From: Octopus sinensis | Lineage: Eukaryota | Assembly (NCBI RefSeq): GCF_006345805.1 | Contig: NC_043012.1 | Location: 24,180,001 to 24,244,000 of the forward strand | DNA: 64,000 bases | Reading direction: 5' to 3' | Shown here: positions 11,948-25,479 of the stretch, piece after piece | Numbering within the stretch: the stretch's first letter is position 1 | Layout of the letters: every line of letters begins with the position of its first letter | Translations under genes and position numbers: made by a program | Notes under the pieces: generated by a model | Told to the model about the DNA's origin: nothing | What the model saw: the letters and a program-made list of their open reading frames with translations, nothing else | Database searches by the model: none

Positions 11948-12341
11948 TTAAACACATTGCATATACATATGCACACATATTCATTTGCTTTTACACACTA
12001 CACATACACACACACGCACACATTACATACAGATATTCATTTGTTTTTACACAAACTGAATTATTTGTGCCCATTTTTCCATGCAAGCATGGGTTAGATG
12101 AATACACACATGCAAACATATACGCACACATACACCCACACACACACATTCGAGTGCACATGAACACTCACACACATACACTATATTTTACAAATGGGTG
12201 CCAAATTGTACAAGAGATTATTTGGCAGAATTCAAACTGTAAAAAGAGGATAAAAAAAGGGGGAAAAAAAAACACTAAAAATCTCAGTGTTTATTTAGTT
12301 TTTGTATTTACGTTGAAACTTCAAAACTACAACAACTATAC

Positions 12342-12745
12342 GTCTTATATACATATATATACATATATATACATATATATACATATACACATATATATAT
12401 ACATATATATACATATACACATATATATATACATATATATATATACATATATATACATATGTGTATATATATACATATATATACATATACACATATATAT
12501 ATATACATATATATACATATACACATATATACACATATATATATATACACATATATACATATATATACACATATATGCACATATATACATATATATACAC
12601 ATATATACATATATATACACATATATACATATATATACACATATATACATATATATACATATATACATATATATACATATGTGTATATATGTATATATAT
12701 ATACATATATATACATATATACACATATACACATATATACACATG
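12342..12745. repeat. TA/CA-based minisatellite
   Basis: Repeating tatatacacatatatacata-type units. Confidence 0.95.
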
Positions 12746-13361
12746 TTAGAGAGAGAGAAAGAAAGAATGAGAGATGGGGGGGATGAAGGAGGTGAAAGGA
12801 GTAAGATCCATCACCTTGTAACAACCCCTGCCCCACACACACACACAACACAGCCCATCAATATATAAATTCCTGAAATAAAAAAGAAAAAGAAAACGAA
12901 AAAAAATGAAAGCTCCACCACTATGACCACCACTGCTGATTTGGTTGTTCAACTTGCCTGAAATCACCTCCCACATGCACACACCCTCATAAAAGGAGGA
13001 GGACCGATGTTCCTGCAAAGCTGCACACCTGTGCAGCTTTACTATCACTGTATTGATGTTGTGCACATCAAAATGCTAATGTCATGCATTTGAATTTCTA
13101 AACACGTGCTTCATAAGCTGAACGAAATTTTGAATGTTGTATGCTAGCTTTGAATATAAAATATGTTTGCTCCAAGCAGTAAACATTTCTGCTCAGCAGT
13201 TGGGGAAAAAATTAGAGGGAAGAATAAAGACATTAGATGATGCAGTCCTCGATACACTTCACCGAAAATATGCATCTGACCAGGGACCACATGTGAACTT
13301 ATATTCCCACGAAAACTTTAAACATGAACACCTCAACAGCGAACGACAACTATGGCTATAT

Positions 13362-13520
13362 ATGCAGTTTTTTTTCAATGGCTGAACTGAAAGTCAGTGG
13401 GGTACGGGATAAACTACCTGCATCAACTTGCTATAAAAGCAGGTAGCAATTTTACTGTGTTCTTATGCTTAGTGCAAGTTTTGAAGAGTGCAGTTCGATT
13501 TTAAGTTATTTCTTCAAAGC
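13362..13520 (+). mobile_element. mariner 5' end fragment, inverted relative to 15155-15312
   Basis: ggataaactacctgcatcaactt...gaagagtgcagttcgattttaa matches the reverse complement of 15.15-15.3 kb. Confidence 0.85.
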
Positions 13521-14229
13521 AATCCGATGCTATATCAGTGGGGCATTTGTCAGAGTCATGATTGCAGTCAACTGTCAGATGGGATTAACATTCGTGAGGG
13601 ACGTAGTGAACTCATTGGTTGGGTCTGGCTGAACCTATCCTGGCTGAACACTGCTCCAAGTACTAAACTGAAAATAAAAAATGGTTGCAGCAAAAGCAGC
13701 CACAATTGTGGGTTAGGGTTAACCTGGAGTTAAGCAGCAACCAAACCTATATTTCAGTCATGAGAAACTTGTGACCTCTTGGGGTTTCTGAATGGTTCGC
13801 CTAATGAAAAATTACCTTCACATACATTTTTCAGCAATGCAGCCCACCTGATGGTGAGTCATGTCTCATGCAGCCCTGATTCTCCTATACTATTGTGGAA
13901 AGAGCCCCATTATTGTTTCAACTATGCCCCGCCTCTTTCACTCTCTCATATGTGTGTGTATCAAGAGAGAAATAGAATGAATGCATGCATGCATTCATGC
14001 ATACATACATACATACATACATAAAGATGCGCATACAAACACCATTCACTGTCATTTATCATTGACTTTCCTTACTCACATAGGTCAGGTGGAAAGTGTT
14101 GAGGCAGCTCTGCTACAGTCAGGTGCCCTTCCTGTCACCAGCCCTCACCTGTTAACCAAGCAAGGTAATATTTTCCCAAGGCTGGATGTGTTTTCCACAG
14201 GAAAACTGAAAATAAGTGGACATCACTTG

Positions 14230-15334
14230 TATGAAAAATACTCCTCCAGTACTGTTCAGACCTCGTCTACAGAATTCATATTTTTTCCATACAAATGATT
14301 TTGAAGATTGCGGAATAAACGATAATCGGATGGGGCAATGTCCAGCAAATAAGGTGGGTGGAGCATCGTTTCCCATTCAAACTGCTCCAGCCTTTGGAAT
14401 GTCACCCTCGCTGTATGTGGCCAAGCATTATCCTGATGGAAGAACACATTTCGTCTTGAAACCAAATATTGTCGTTTTCTTTCTGGCGCTGACTTAAGCC
14501 GCTCAAGCTGCTCGCAGTAGATCTCTTTTATTATTGTTTGGTTTGGGATTAAAAATTCAAAGTGGACTAAACCTTTCATATGCACACCAAACAGAAAACA
14601 CCTTACATGTGTGAAAACCTTCTTTGACCAGAGGTACTGGTGTTTCTCCTTTCCCTACCCACTGCCTTCACTCAACATTTTTATAGAGAACCTATTTCTC
14701 ATCACCAGTTACTATTCAGTCCCAAAAAAGTTCATCCGTAAGATGTGACAGCAAAGAAGAGCACACATTCGCTCTCTGTGTGTGATCAGACTCGGAAAGT
14801 TTGTGAGGAACTCATTGACTCAATTTCCTGACTTTTCCGATGGCAGGTATTGATGAAAGGTTGAATGACCAAATCCAAGTTTCTCTGTTAGTTCCTCAAC
14901 AGATACAATGGGATTTTCTTCCACCAGAGCTTGCAGGACGTCCTCATCAAGCTCTACAGATCTTCCAAGACAAGGCTCATCTACTAGGCTGTAGTTCCCA
15001 GCTTCGAATTTCTGGAACTACCACTGGCTTACGTTTCTTGTCTGATCCCCATATATTGCATTAATATTCCTTACACTTTCCATTGCGTTGTTGCCTTTAT
15101 TGAACTCATAAAGCAAAATATGCCAAATATGCCCCATTTGCCACTCCCATTATAGCTTTGAAGAAATAACTGTTAAAATCGAACTGCACTCTTCAAAACT
15201 TACACTAAGAATAAGAACACAGTAAAATTACTACCTGCTTTTATAATAAGTTGATGCAGGTAGTTTATCCTGTCTTCCTCCGACTTTTAGTTCAGCAATT
15301 GAAAAAACTGTATCATTTATGGGATGACCCAATA
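14230..15334 (-). mobile_element. mariner (DD34D) DNA transposon, 3'-truncated, transposase pseudogene
   Basis: 5' TIR ta|ttgggtcatcccataaat; ATG near 15150; remnants IVTGDEK, HQDNAWPH, HPPYLLDIAPSDY with stops and frameshifts. Confidence 0.92.
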
Positions 15335-16139
15335 TATACATGTGTATGTGTGTGTGTGTGAGTGCGTGTGCACATGTATGTGTGTAAGTTTTCTTTAGGA
15401 TTTATTTAAACATTTTCGTTTCAAGAATTTAAGCTGGCCACAAACCAAGTTGCAAAGCTTTCTTATTTCAGGTAAAACAGGTGTTGGGACAGATTGTAGT
15501 CGTCTGAATCTGTTTATGTGTGTGTCTATCTATACATGTTTGTGCTCAGTGAATAACTTGCTTTTGTGTGGTGGGTATGCTTCTCGCTTTAGTGTACAAG
15601 CGTTTGTAGTTCACTATTAATGTGTGTGCTTATGCACTTCATATGTATGTGGACGTGTGCATATATTTGGCCCAAGAAATTCACATGGAGAGGGAATGAT
15701 GCTCCCCTGGAGCACTTTACATGCTTCTCAGATTTAACATAGGAAACTTACATGAGTGTGTGTGTGTGTGTGTGTGTGATTTACAGCAGTTTGTTTCAGT
15801 ACCACAAAGTAAACCTGGTCCATCAGGGGATATATTTCTTCAGAAATATATATCAACCCAACGCAAATTATAGAAATCTAAGTTTAACAAGCAGGAAAAA
15901 AAAAAAAACGAATCAAATGAAAAGAAAAAAAAAAAGATGGAGTATGGGTGGATGGGTGGGGTTAGAATCCACCATGCATGAGACTTCATATGATTGTGCT
16001 ACACGTCTATATATGAAGTTGTATGGTTATATACCTGAGTGTGAGTGTGTGTGTATATGCAGCTTTGCTTGTATATACATGTTGAGCAGCAATAGCTCGA
16101 TACATACATATTTATAAAACATGCACACACATAAATGCA

Positions 16140-16167
16140 TATATACACATACATATCACATACATCA

Positions 16168-16198
<31 letters not shown>

Positions 16199-16334
16199 GA
16201 TGTATGTGCATATATAATATTATATATACACACATACATATATATATAATATATATATATATGATGTATGTGCATATATAATATATATATATACACACAT
16301 ACATATATAATATATATATATATTGATGTATGTG

Positions 16335-16365
<31 letters not shown>

Positions 16366-16375
16366 TACATCATAT

Positions 16376-16410
<35 letters not shown>

Positions 16411-17180
16411 GATGCATGTGTATATATAATATATATATATACACACACATACATTATATATATATATATATATATACACATACATCATATATATATATAT
16501 TATATATACACATACATCATATATATATATATATTATATATACATACATCATATATATATATATATTATATATAACACATACATCATATATATTATATAT
16601 ATATATATATACAATACATCATATATATATATATATATTATATATACACATACATATAATATATATATTATATATATATATATTATATAATAATGTGAGC
16701 ATATATAATATATATATATATACATCATATATATATATATATATATACATCATATATATATATATATACATACATACATACATATATATATATATACATA
16801 CATACATACATCATATATACACATACATACATACATCATATATATTATACACATACATCATATATATATATATACACATACATATATATATATATATATA
16901 CATACACATATATATATATATATACACATACATCATATATATATATATACACATACATCATATATATATATATACACATACATCATATATATATATATAT
17001 ACACATACATCATATATATATATATACACATACATCATATATATATATATACACATACATCATATATATATATATACACATACATCATAAATATATATAT
17101 ACACATACATCATATATATATATATATATATATACATACATCATATATATATATACATACATCATATATATATATATATA
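16140..17180. repeat. TA-rich minisatellite (acatacatcatatatatat-type unit)
   Basis: Direct tandem units. Confidence 0.95.
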
Positions 17181-17577
17181 CTGTATATGTACAGATATAC
17201 ACATATAGATGTATGTATATGGATGTGTACGTATGTAGATACATGCATATTCACACACATCTCTCAGCATATACCTGTGTACTTACACACACACACACAC
17301 ACTTACATGTACTACTAATAAAATGAATGTTTAACATATGCGTGTGCGTCTTACATGCACACCCACATGAACCTGCATGTATGAATATGTATGTCCCGAG
17401 TAAGTCTCTCACAAGCGCAGCAACCAAGTTCTTGTTTCTTTTTACCTATATATTTATTTAATCTATTTTTTTTTTGTGGCTTATAAATTTAATTATTATT
17501 TATCTTTTTACCCTCAATTCTTTCCCTTTCATTTCTATATTTTATTTACAAATTGAACATTTCACTACTATAGGCAT

Positions 17578-17612
<35 letters not shown>

Positions 17613-17683
17613 GCATGTATATATACATGTAGATGTAGGTATGTACATATATGTTTGTATGTATGCATATATTTTATTTATTA

Positions 17684-17721
<38 letters not shown>

Positions 17722-18138
17722 TGTATATGCACACTTATACACAAATATAACTACAGTCACATACATATAGAAAAGGGATAAAAAAACTGAATTTCATTAA
17801 TGTATACACACACATACACACATGTATAGCCATGTGTACACAGAATTATATTATACTCCATTAGGCATACATACAGTTACAGGCACCATCTTGTAAATGC
17901 ATGCGTGCACACACACACACACACTTACAGAGAGATATCATACACACAGTTACAGTCAGTCTCATCCATATATACACATACATACATGCAATCAGTGGTC
18001 ATTCACTTTTCTATAGACTCTCTCTCTCTCTCTAACGCACAGAGCCATAGAGAGAAAACCACACAGAATAGACAATAAAGCAATATACTCACACATACAC
18101 ACACACACATTCAAGTGCAGGTACACATTCATAACCAG

Positions 18139-18174
<36 letters not shown>

Positions 18175-18231
18175 TAAATTAGAGATAAAACCTGTAAGTT
18201 TGGATTTACTCCCTAATATTATTATATATTA

Positions 18232-18500
18232 TTATCATCATCATCATCATCATTTAGCGTCCGTTTTCCATGCTAGCATGGGTTGGACGGTTCTACTGGG
18301 GTCTGTGAAGCCAGAAGGCTTCATCAGGCCCAGTCAAATCTGGCAGTGTTTCTACGGCTGGATGCCCTTCCTAACGCCAACCACTCCGTGAGTGTAGTGG
18401 GTGCTTTTTACGTGCCACCCGCACTGGTGCCAGACAGAGCTGGCAAACGGCCACGAACGGATGGTGCTTTTTATGTGCCACCGGCACGAGGGCCAGGCGA
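18232..18500 (-). mobile_element. RTE LINE 3' UTR fragment with (GAT)n tail
   Basis: Same sequence as the UTR that follows the RTE ORF end at 57.1-57.65 kb. Confidence 0.85.
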
Positions 18501-18784
18501 ACACAAACACACACAGTCAGTCACTGAGAATCATATATATACACTTAATCACTCAAACAGTTATATACGTTGATAGAGAGGTGTATGAGCGCACACGCAC
18601 ACACACGCATAAGGTATGAAAATTTACTTACTTTCATTTTTATACTTAAGTGTATACACATACATGTATATGTGCATATTACTTATATACATGAATGCGT
18701 GTGCATGTACTGATCAATGTGTCATTGTGCACATGTATATATGCATACACATGTACAAATGCATTTATATGTTTATGTGCATGT

Positions 18785-18821
<37 letters not shown>

Positions 18822-19561
18822 AAAAGCATAAATAATAATAATAATAATGATAATCTTTGAAGATCAAATTTTTTGATTTGTTCTTTTAGTTTTTATTATT
18901 TTTTTTTGGTTTTGTTGTGGTTGTTGTTGTTTAAGTAACTAGCAGGGAGTGGAGCAATAACACTTTTGGTCTGTGAGTCAGCAGAACAGGTAAAGACTGG
19001 CACTGAGTATGATAGCAGCAAACATGTATTGCCACTCAAAGAGAGAAATACCATTATTAGCAGAAGAGGGGGGTCGGTGAGGGTGACAGAAGAGGGAAGC
19101 CAAGAAGAAATATAAAAGAAAAAATAAAGGAGAAAAAACATTAAAAGGCAGGTGGGAGAGACAGGAAGAGTATGGAAGTGTGTGAGAGTATATCTGGTGG
19201 TGGAGGTAGTGGGTGGGCATTAGGGTGGAGAAGGCGATGTTAGTGGTGGCTTGACAATCTATGGTTCTTTTAAGCTTGGTTTAAAAACTCACTGTGAAAG
19301 GAGAGTATGTATGTAGTCAAGCTACAAGGTGTACTAATACAGCCATACGTCATGCACACATGTCATACATACATGTACATGTTATGCATAGGTACACATG
19401 CATAGGTAAATGTTTTAATTTCCCCCATTTTAGCGTTCAGTGGTTTAATACTTGTTTATTTTCTATTTGGTTCAAGTTTAAGTTATATTAGGTTAAAAAT
19501 CAGATTGTGGCAGCAGAAACAAAGCAAAAAAATTTGAAATCCAATCAATAAAGGTATATCA

Positions 19562-19786
19562 ATAATAATAATCCTTTCTACTGAAGGTACTACAAGGCCT
19601 GAAATTTGGGGGAGGAGGATAGCCAATTATATCGACCCCGGTGTTTCACTGGTATTTAATTTATCGGCCCCAAAAGGATGAAAGGCAATGGTGACCTCGG
19701 CGGAATTTGAACTCAGAATGTAACGACAGGTGAAATACTGCTAAGCGTTTTACCTGGTGTGCTAACGATTCTGCCAGCTCGCCACC
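19562..19786 (-). mobile_element. tRNA-derived SINE group C
   Basis: Head ggcgagctggcagaatcgttagc...gagttcaaattccgccgaggtc; core ttgcctttcatccttttgggg; (ATT)n tail. Confidence 0.85.
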
Positions 19787-19794
19787 TTAATAAT

Positions 19795-20480
19795 GATAAA
19801 GTTGATGTAGACCGGAAGCACACCTGTCAGGGGCTATGGAGTTCAAGGCTAAAGGCAGAGAGTGAAGGCTTTAAATTGGCTGCTGAAGGTCAGAGCTTAT
19901 TGACCTGGAACTATGAAACCAATGCAGTGAAAACTGTGTAGACCCAAAGTGTTGATATTGCCACAATGGGATTGACTACCTAATCTCTGGGTACAAGGTT
20001 TTAGCACCTGTGGAGTACAAATGAAGACATGACAGAGTTGGCCAATATCTACATTGGATAATGTGTCAGCATTATAAAAGCAAAAACTACTGACAAATGG
20101 TACAAGCATCACCCTGAGGCTGTAACTGAGGGAGAAAACGTAACGATTCTTTGGGACTTTCCAGTAAATACGGATAGAACCATCAAAGCAAATAAACCAG
20201 ATATTGTTGTGAAAGACCAAAAGAATAAAGTCTGTTTATTGATTGACATGAGCATACCCAGTGATCGTAATATCTCGGCAAAAGAATTTGATAAGCTCAG
20301 AAAAAATAAAGATGTGCTAATCGAAATTGAAAAGATATGGCATCTCAAGATGGTTACAATACCAGTGATTGTAGGAGCACTTGGAAAGACCAAAAGAGGG
20401 ACTGGAAAATATTTAAGAATGATCCCTAGCTTACCATCCATGCAGGAAGTGCAAAAGATTGTCTTAACTGGTACTGTGAA
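19795..20480 (+). mobile_element. R4/Dong-like non-LTR retrotransposon 3' fragment (zinc-knuckle remnant plus restriction-like endonuclease), decayed
   Basis: RHDRVGQYLHW, WYKHHP, ILWDF..TDRTIKANKPDIVV, LLIDMSIP, IPVIVGALG, VQKIVLTGT. Confidence 0.88.
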
Positions 20481-20639
20481 GAGCATCGTCGCTGTGAATT
20501 TTCTTTCCTATTTTCCCATTTATTTTCTTTGTTTACTTTTTCTCTCTTTGTTCCTCTTTTTCTCTATCATATGACCTTGTAAATGAACAATCTGGTGTGT
20601 TTATTTTAATGGCTTATCAATGTATACAGTGTGTTTTCC

Positions 20640-21769
20640 TGCCCTAGGTGTCAGGAAGTCACTCGGCAAGAAATGGAAACAGAATTGAAAGAAGATGGTA
20701 ACGATCATAATAATAATTATGAAGATTACCACAACTGGCCTAAACACCTACCTAAAAAAACTCTGATTGATGACTGGATGTTAAAACTTGTCTTAGAGCA
20801 CGAAAACAAGAAAACAATAGACTCAGTAACAAAACAAGCAAAGAAATATCCAAGTGAATTCCAAATACAACAAATCCCAGAATTAGATGTAGTGGAAACA
20901 AGCATAGGAAAAGCTAAACGTCAAGTAAAACCTCTCGATGGCAAATACCCAAAGAGGGTTCATAATGCCAATGTTGACAAAGCCCTTACCCATCAATGGT
21001 TAGTGTTTTCTGGCTTAAAATCAGAGACAGAAGGGTTTATAAAGCAGCCCAAGATCAATGCCGACCTAGAAGGAGCTACCAGGACAAAATGTTAAAGAAC
21101 GGCAGTAGTTCAACTTGTTATGTATGTAAACAACAAAATGAAACCATTTGCAGTCTTCTTGCACCTGCAGAGTATCTCAACAAGTATGACAGAGCAGCAC
21201 AGTATATTCACTGGGTAATTTTCAAAAACTTGGACCTGCATCATGATGAAAACTGGTGGGAACACAAACTACCTCTAGTGCTTGAAAATGACTACATCTC
21301 ACTCCTTGGGAACTTCACTTTTCAAACTGACAGAAAGATTGATGCAAATAAGCCAGACATTATATTGAAGGATTTCGGACAAAAATCATGTCTCCTCATT
21401 GATATGACTACTCCAATCGACATAAATGTATCTTCCAAGACCTACCAAAAACTAAGGAAATATACAGACCTTGAAATAGAAATTGGTAAAATGTGGAACC
21501 TCAAGGCTAAAACAATACCTGTTATCATAGATGCCCTAGGAATGATAGCAAAAGGGGATGATTGCTACCTAGCTCAGATATCTGGAAATCCAAAACTGGC
21601 AGAAATGTTTTAAAATAGTGCTCATAGGAACTGCTGATATCCTATGTAAAATATTGCCTATGTCATCCCAAATATTGAAACAAACTTATGACTTTCTTAT
21701 GTTTTCTTAAACATTCTCTCGGACAATACTTTGTGCAAAAGTCAACTTGTACAAATACAAAAGTCAAAC

Positions 21770-21812
<43 letters not shown>
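20640..21812 (+). mobile_element. second, divergent R4/Dong-like retrotransposon 3' fragment with (TAA)n tail
   Basis: GLKSETEGF, AQDQ, CYVCKQQNET, QYIHW, TDRKIDANKPDII, LLIDM, IPVIIDALG; tail at 21771-21810. Confidence 0.88.
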
Positions 21813-21813
<1 letters not shown>

Positions 21814-22110
21814 GTTTTGAATTTTGGCATGAGGCCAGTAATTTTGGAGAAGGGGGTAAGTTGATTACATCAACCCCCCAGTGCTCAACTGGTACTTATT
21901 TTATCAATCACAAAAGGAAGAAAGGCAAAGTTGGGCTCAGTAGTAGTTCCTTTGGGGGGTGGGGGGAGAAGACAATAACCTCAAACCCTGTACCTGACCA
22001 GTATTTATTACATGGATCCCAAAAGGATGAAAGGCAAATTTGACTTTAGTGGAATTTGAACAGAGAACATAAAGTCAGGGAAAATGCCACTAAGCATTTT
22101 GCCCATACTG
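21812..22110 (-). mobile_element. SINE group C (partly duplicated)
   Basis: aaaggatgaaaggcaaatttgac...ggaatttgaac. Confidence 0.75.
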
Positions 22111-22149
22111 CTAAGTATTTTATGGATGGAGACTGTGAAGAAGCCTGTC

Positions 22150-22415
22150 TTGTGTGTGTACGCATGTGTCTTTGGGTCTGTTTATCACATACGTACACAC
22201 TTATCCCTACTTGACAACTGAAGTTGGTTTGTTTACGTCCCTCATATCTTAGCAGTTCAGCAAAAGAGATCAATGGAACGAGTACCAGACTCACAAAAAA
22301 AAAAAAAATAAATAAACAAACAAGTATTAGGGTTAATCTGTTTGACTATGAACTCTTCAAGGCAGTGCCCCAGCATGGCCACAATATAATGCCTGACACA
22401 ATAAGAGACAAAAGA
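22150..22415 (+). mobile_element. SINE group A 3' part
   Basis: ttgacaac...gtttacgtccc...ccagcatggcc. Confidence 0.7.
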
Positions 22416-22484
22416 TATTCAACCCTCCCTTTAGCTTTTGAATAGAAGACATCAGGTCCTAATGATAATAATAATCTATCAGTT

Positions 22485-22648
22485 TCATGTCTAAACTAGC
22501 CAGATCCAGCCTCTCACACCTACCCTACAATGTCGTTCTAAAAAGTAAACATCATTGAAGCTAGAAGGCAATACATGATTAATTTTAAATAAAAGAGAAT
22601 AAATAAGCGTTACATTTGACAGTAATCTGAATGGTAAAGGCTTAAATT
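22485..22648. mobile_element. piggyBac-like MITE fragment, inverted relative to 11726
   Basis: ccagatccagcctctcacacctaccctacaatgtc...aatggtaaaggc-ttaa. Confidence 0.7.
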
Positions 22649-24129
22649 TTGTTGTTATCTGAGGGAGGATCATTATTATTATTATGCTAGGAAGAGAAAT
22701 ATATATATTTAAAATTACATCTAGAGTAATGGGGGACGCGGGGGGGGGGGGGGGTAAAGAGCAGTAGAATCAAAGCAGTCATTAAAAAGTACCCCCAGCT
22801 AACTTCTTTTATTCTTCTCAGTCACCCACATCCCACAGTTGTCTTGTGTGTGTGTGTGTGTGTCTCTTATCTCTCCTTACAACAACATTTTTAAATACAC
22901 AAAATAAAGTTTATAAATATACAATAGAGAGAGAGAGAGAGAGAGAGAGAAGAAAAAGGGAGAAAAAGAGAAAGAGAGAGAGAGACAAAGGAAGGAAGGG
23001 AGGAAGGAAGAGGTATAGTTGTAGTGATACAATGAATGTGAAGCCCCAGAGGGTATGCCCTCCCTCTACCGGCTTTTCCCACCTCCCACTCCTACAGTAG
23101 GTTGTAAAAGTAACTGCCAAATCTTGACAGCTAAAGTCAAGAGGTTAAGTGGCCCTCAATTCAAACAATTAGCAGCATATAATAGTTAAGTGACTGTTTA
23201 ATGGCAGCCATAACATCAACACCACCAACTGTTAAGAAGGGGACCACCACCACCACCTATCATACACCTGGACCTTCACCTCCAACACCACCACCAAACA
23301 CAATCTTTAACAATTTCTTCCAAACTCCTAACAACTGTTCCCTTACACTCTCTAAGAACCACCACAGAGTCTTTAATGGCTCAAAATGCTAGAAATAGCA
23401 ACCAAATCTCTTACTTTCTCTCACCCTCAAATCACTCTACTTACTTACAAAAAAATATAAGTATTAGCATACATTGGATAATACTGTTCTCGTAATTTCC
23501 CCCACTGCCTCTGCTTGTGGCAGGACGAACACCAACATGAGATAGCTGCCTCCATGGAATTCAATCTTTGGTAAGAGCATTCAGGGAACCTATAATTAAG
23601 ACCTGTTCCTGCTGTGATGTTATTCTTCTGCCTCTTAGATTGCTGATCTTTGTTTCTCTCTCTCTAAAGAGATCTTACTGATGCCATGAATCATTCGCTT
23701 AACCCTTTATAGGATGATGGGGTTCCTTGGGACCCCAGCAAATTTTTAAAGTTATGCAACTTTTATATTTTATATTTAAATGATTTTATATTTCATGACT
23801 TTTATTATGCACATACAAATTTAGAGTTAAAAATTTCTAGTCATATGGATGTTATAACATAAAATATGGCCTTCTGTGAAATTATCTTTTTCCGTTCTTT
23901 TTCCAGATATTCTGAAGAATTCTAAGTCAATTTTCATCATATTTGTTCATTTGTTTAGGTATGAATCGATATACTTTTTTTCTTCTATTCTATTTGTTTT
24001 ATTTTATATTTAGTGCTTTATGTATAGTTTATAAAATTATTTCAAAAAAGGACAAAATTTCTTGTTCTGTAGCATGCACTCATACATAAAAATGAGATTA
24101 AATAAATATTCTTTTAATACAGTTCTATA

Positions 24130-24291
24130 TTTAAGAGATGAGGAATTATGTACATTATTTACATTTAGCGGATATTTGTCCTCATCTTGTTTGTTGTTAA
24201 CAAAACATTTCGGCTGATATATCAGTCAGTCTTCGTCAGGTGTCTTGGGGAAATTTCAAACCTGGGTTCTCATTCCTAAGGTAGTTTTCAA

Positions 24292-24323
<32 letters not shown>

Positions 24324-24394
24324 TCACTGCCTGGAATTGAACTCGGTATCTTGGGGTTAGTAGCCCGTGCTCTTAACCACTACACCATATGCCC
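24130..24394 (-). mobile_element. tRNA-headed short element with a 3' hammerhead-like motif (left arm of palindrome)
   Basis: Head gggcatatggtgtagtggttaag...gagttcaattcc (A/B boxes), (AAT)n linker, gacac-CTGACGA-A-GACTG..CAGCC-GAAATGTT-ttgtt. Confidence 0.75.
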
Positions 24395-24396
24395 AC

Positions 24397-24592
24397 GGGC
24401 ACTCTTAACCCTAAGATTCAGAGTTCGATTCTAGACAGTGACCTGAATAATAATAAAAACTACCTTAGGAATGAGAACCCAGGTTCGAAATTTCCCCAAG
24501 ACACCTGACGAAGGCTGGTGGGTATATCAGCCAAAATGTGTTAACAACAAACAAGATGAGGACAAATATCTGTCAAATGTAAATAATGTAAA
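24397..24592 (+). mobile_element. same element, head truncated (right arm of palindrome)
   Basis: gagttcgattc B box; gacac-CTGACGA-A-GGCTG-gtgggtatat-CAGCC-aaaat-gtgtt (GAAAC damaged). Confidence 0.75.
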
Positions 24593-24596
24593 TATT

Positions 24597-24778
24597 CTTT
24601 TCTACTCTAAGCAAAAGGCCCGAAATTTTGGCGGAGGGAGTAGTCCCCAGTGATTGACCCCAGTGCACAACTGGTACTTAATCTAACAACCCTGAAGGGA
24701 TGACAGGCAAAGTCGATCATGGCAGAATTTGAACTTAGAACGTTAAGACAGACGAAATACCACTAAGCATTTTGCCCC
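24597..24778 (-). mobile_element. SINE group C, interrupted by a group A SINE (head resumes ~25195-25220)
   Basis: ggcaaagtcgatcatggcagaatttgaac...aaataccactaagcattt. Confidence 0.75.
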
Positions 24779-25189
24779 AGGAGTGGCTATTTGGTAAGTA
24801 GCTTGCTAACCAACCACATGGTTCCGGGTTCAGTCCCACTGCGTGGCATCTTGGGCAAGTGCCTTCTGCTATAGCCCCGGGCCGACCAATGCCTTGTGAG
24901 TGGATTTGGTAGACGGAAACTGAAAGAAGCCTGTCGTATATATGTATATATATATAAGTGTGTGTGAATATGTGTGTGTGTGTTTGTTCCCCTAGCATTG
25001 CTTGACAACCGATGCTGGTGTGTTTACGTCCCCGTCACTTAGCGGTTCGGCAAAAGAGACCGATAGAATAAGTACTGGGCTTACAAAGAATAAGTCCCGG
25101 GGTCGATTTTGCTCGACTAAAGGCGGTGCTCCAGCATGGCCGCAGTCAAATGACTGAAACAAGTAAAAAGAGAAAAAAGAGAGAAAGAG
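24778..25189 (+). mobile_element. SINE group A, full length
   Basis: Head, microsatellite, body, AG-rich tail. Confidence 0.9.
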
Positions 25190-25479
25190 CATACTAATGT
25201 TTCTGCTAGCTCACTGCCTGAGGATAGCGTGGAAAATGTGCCAAAATAAAAGGGAACCCCAATGGCCTTTTGTATAATTTCAACCCCACCAGCCCACTAA
25301 GGGTTAATGCAGCCAAGCAGTTTGAATCTTATATTTTTGAGGACAGAGGAAAGCGGTTGATGGCAATTTGTTCTAAATATAGAAACAGAGAAAATCATGT
25401 CTGGAATAAGTCTGATCACAGTTTAGCTGGATGAGAGATTATTAACCTGTTGAATGTGTGTGCACACATGTGTGTGTGT

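Noticed and set aside
13017-13040. Perfect 10-bp hairpin AAAGCTGCAC-ACCT-GTGCAGCTTT
   Set aside because: Short and isolated, with no supporting context; may be chance.
24320-24394. Possible tRNA gene
   Set aside because: A/B boxes are present but the acceptor stem does not pair and the sequence continues into a repeat body; it is a SINE head. The same applies to group A, B and C heads.
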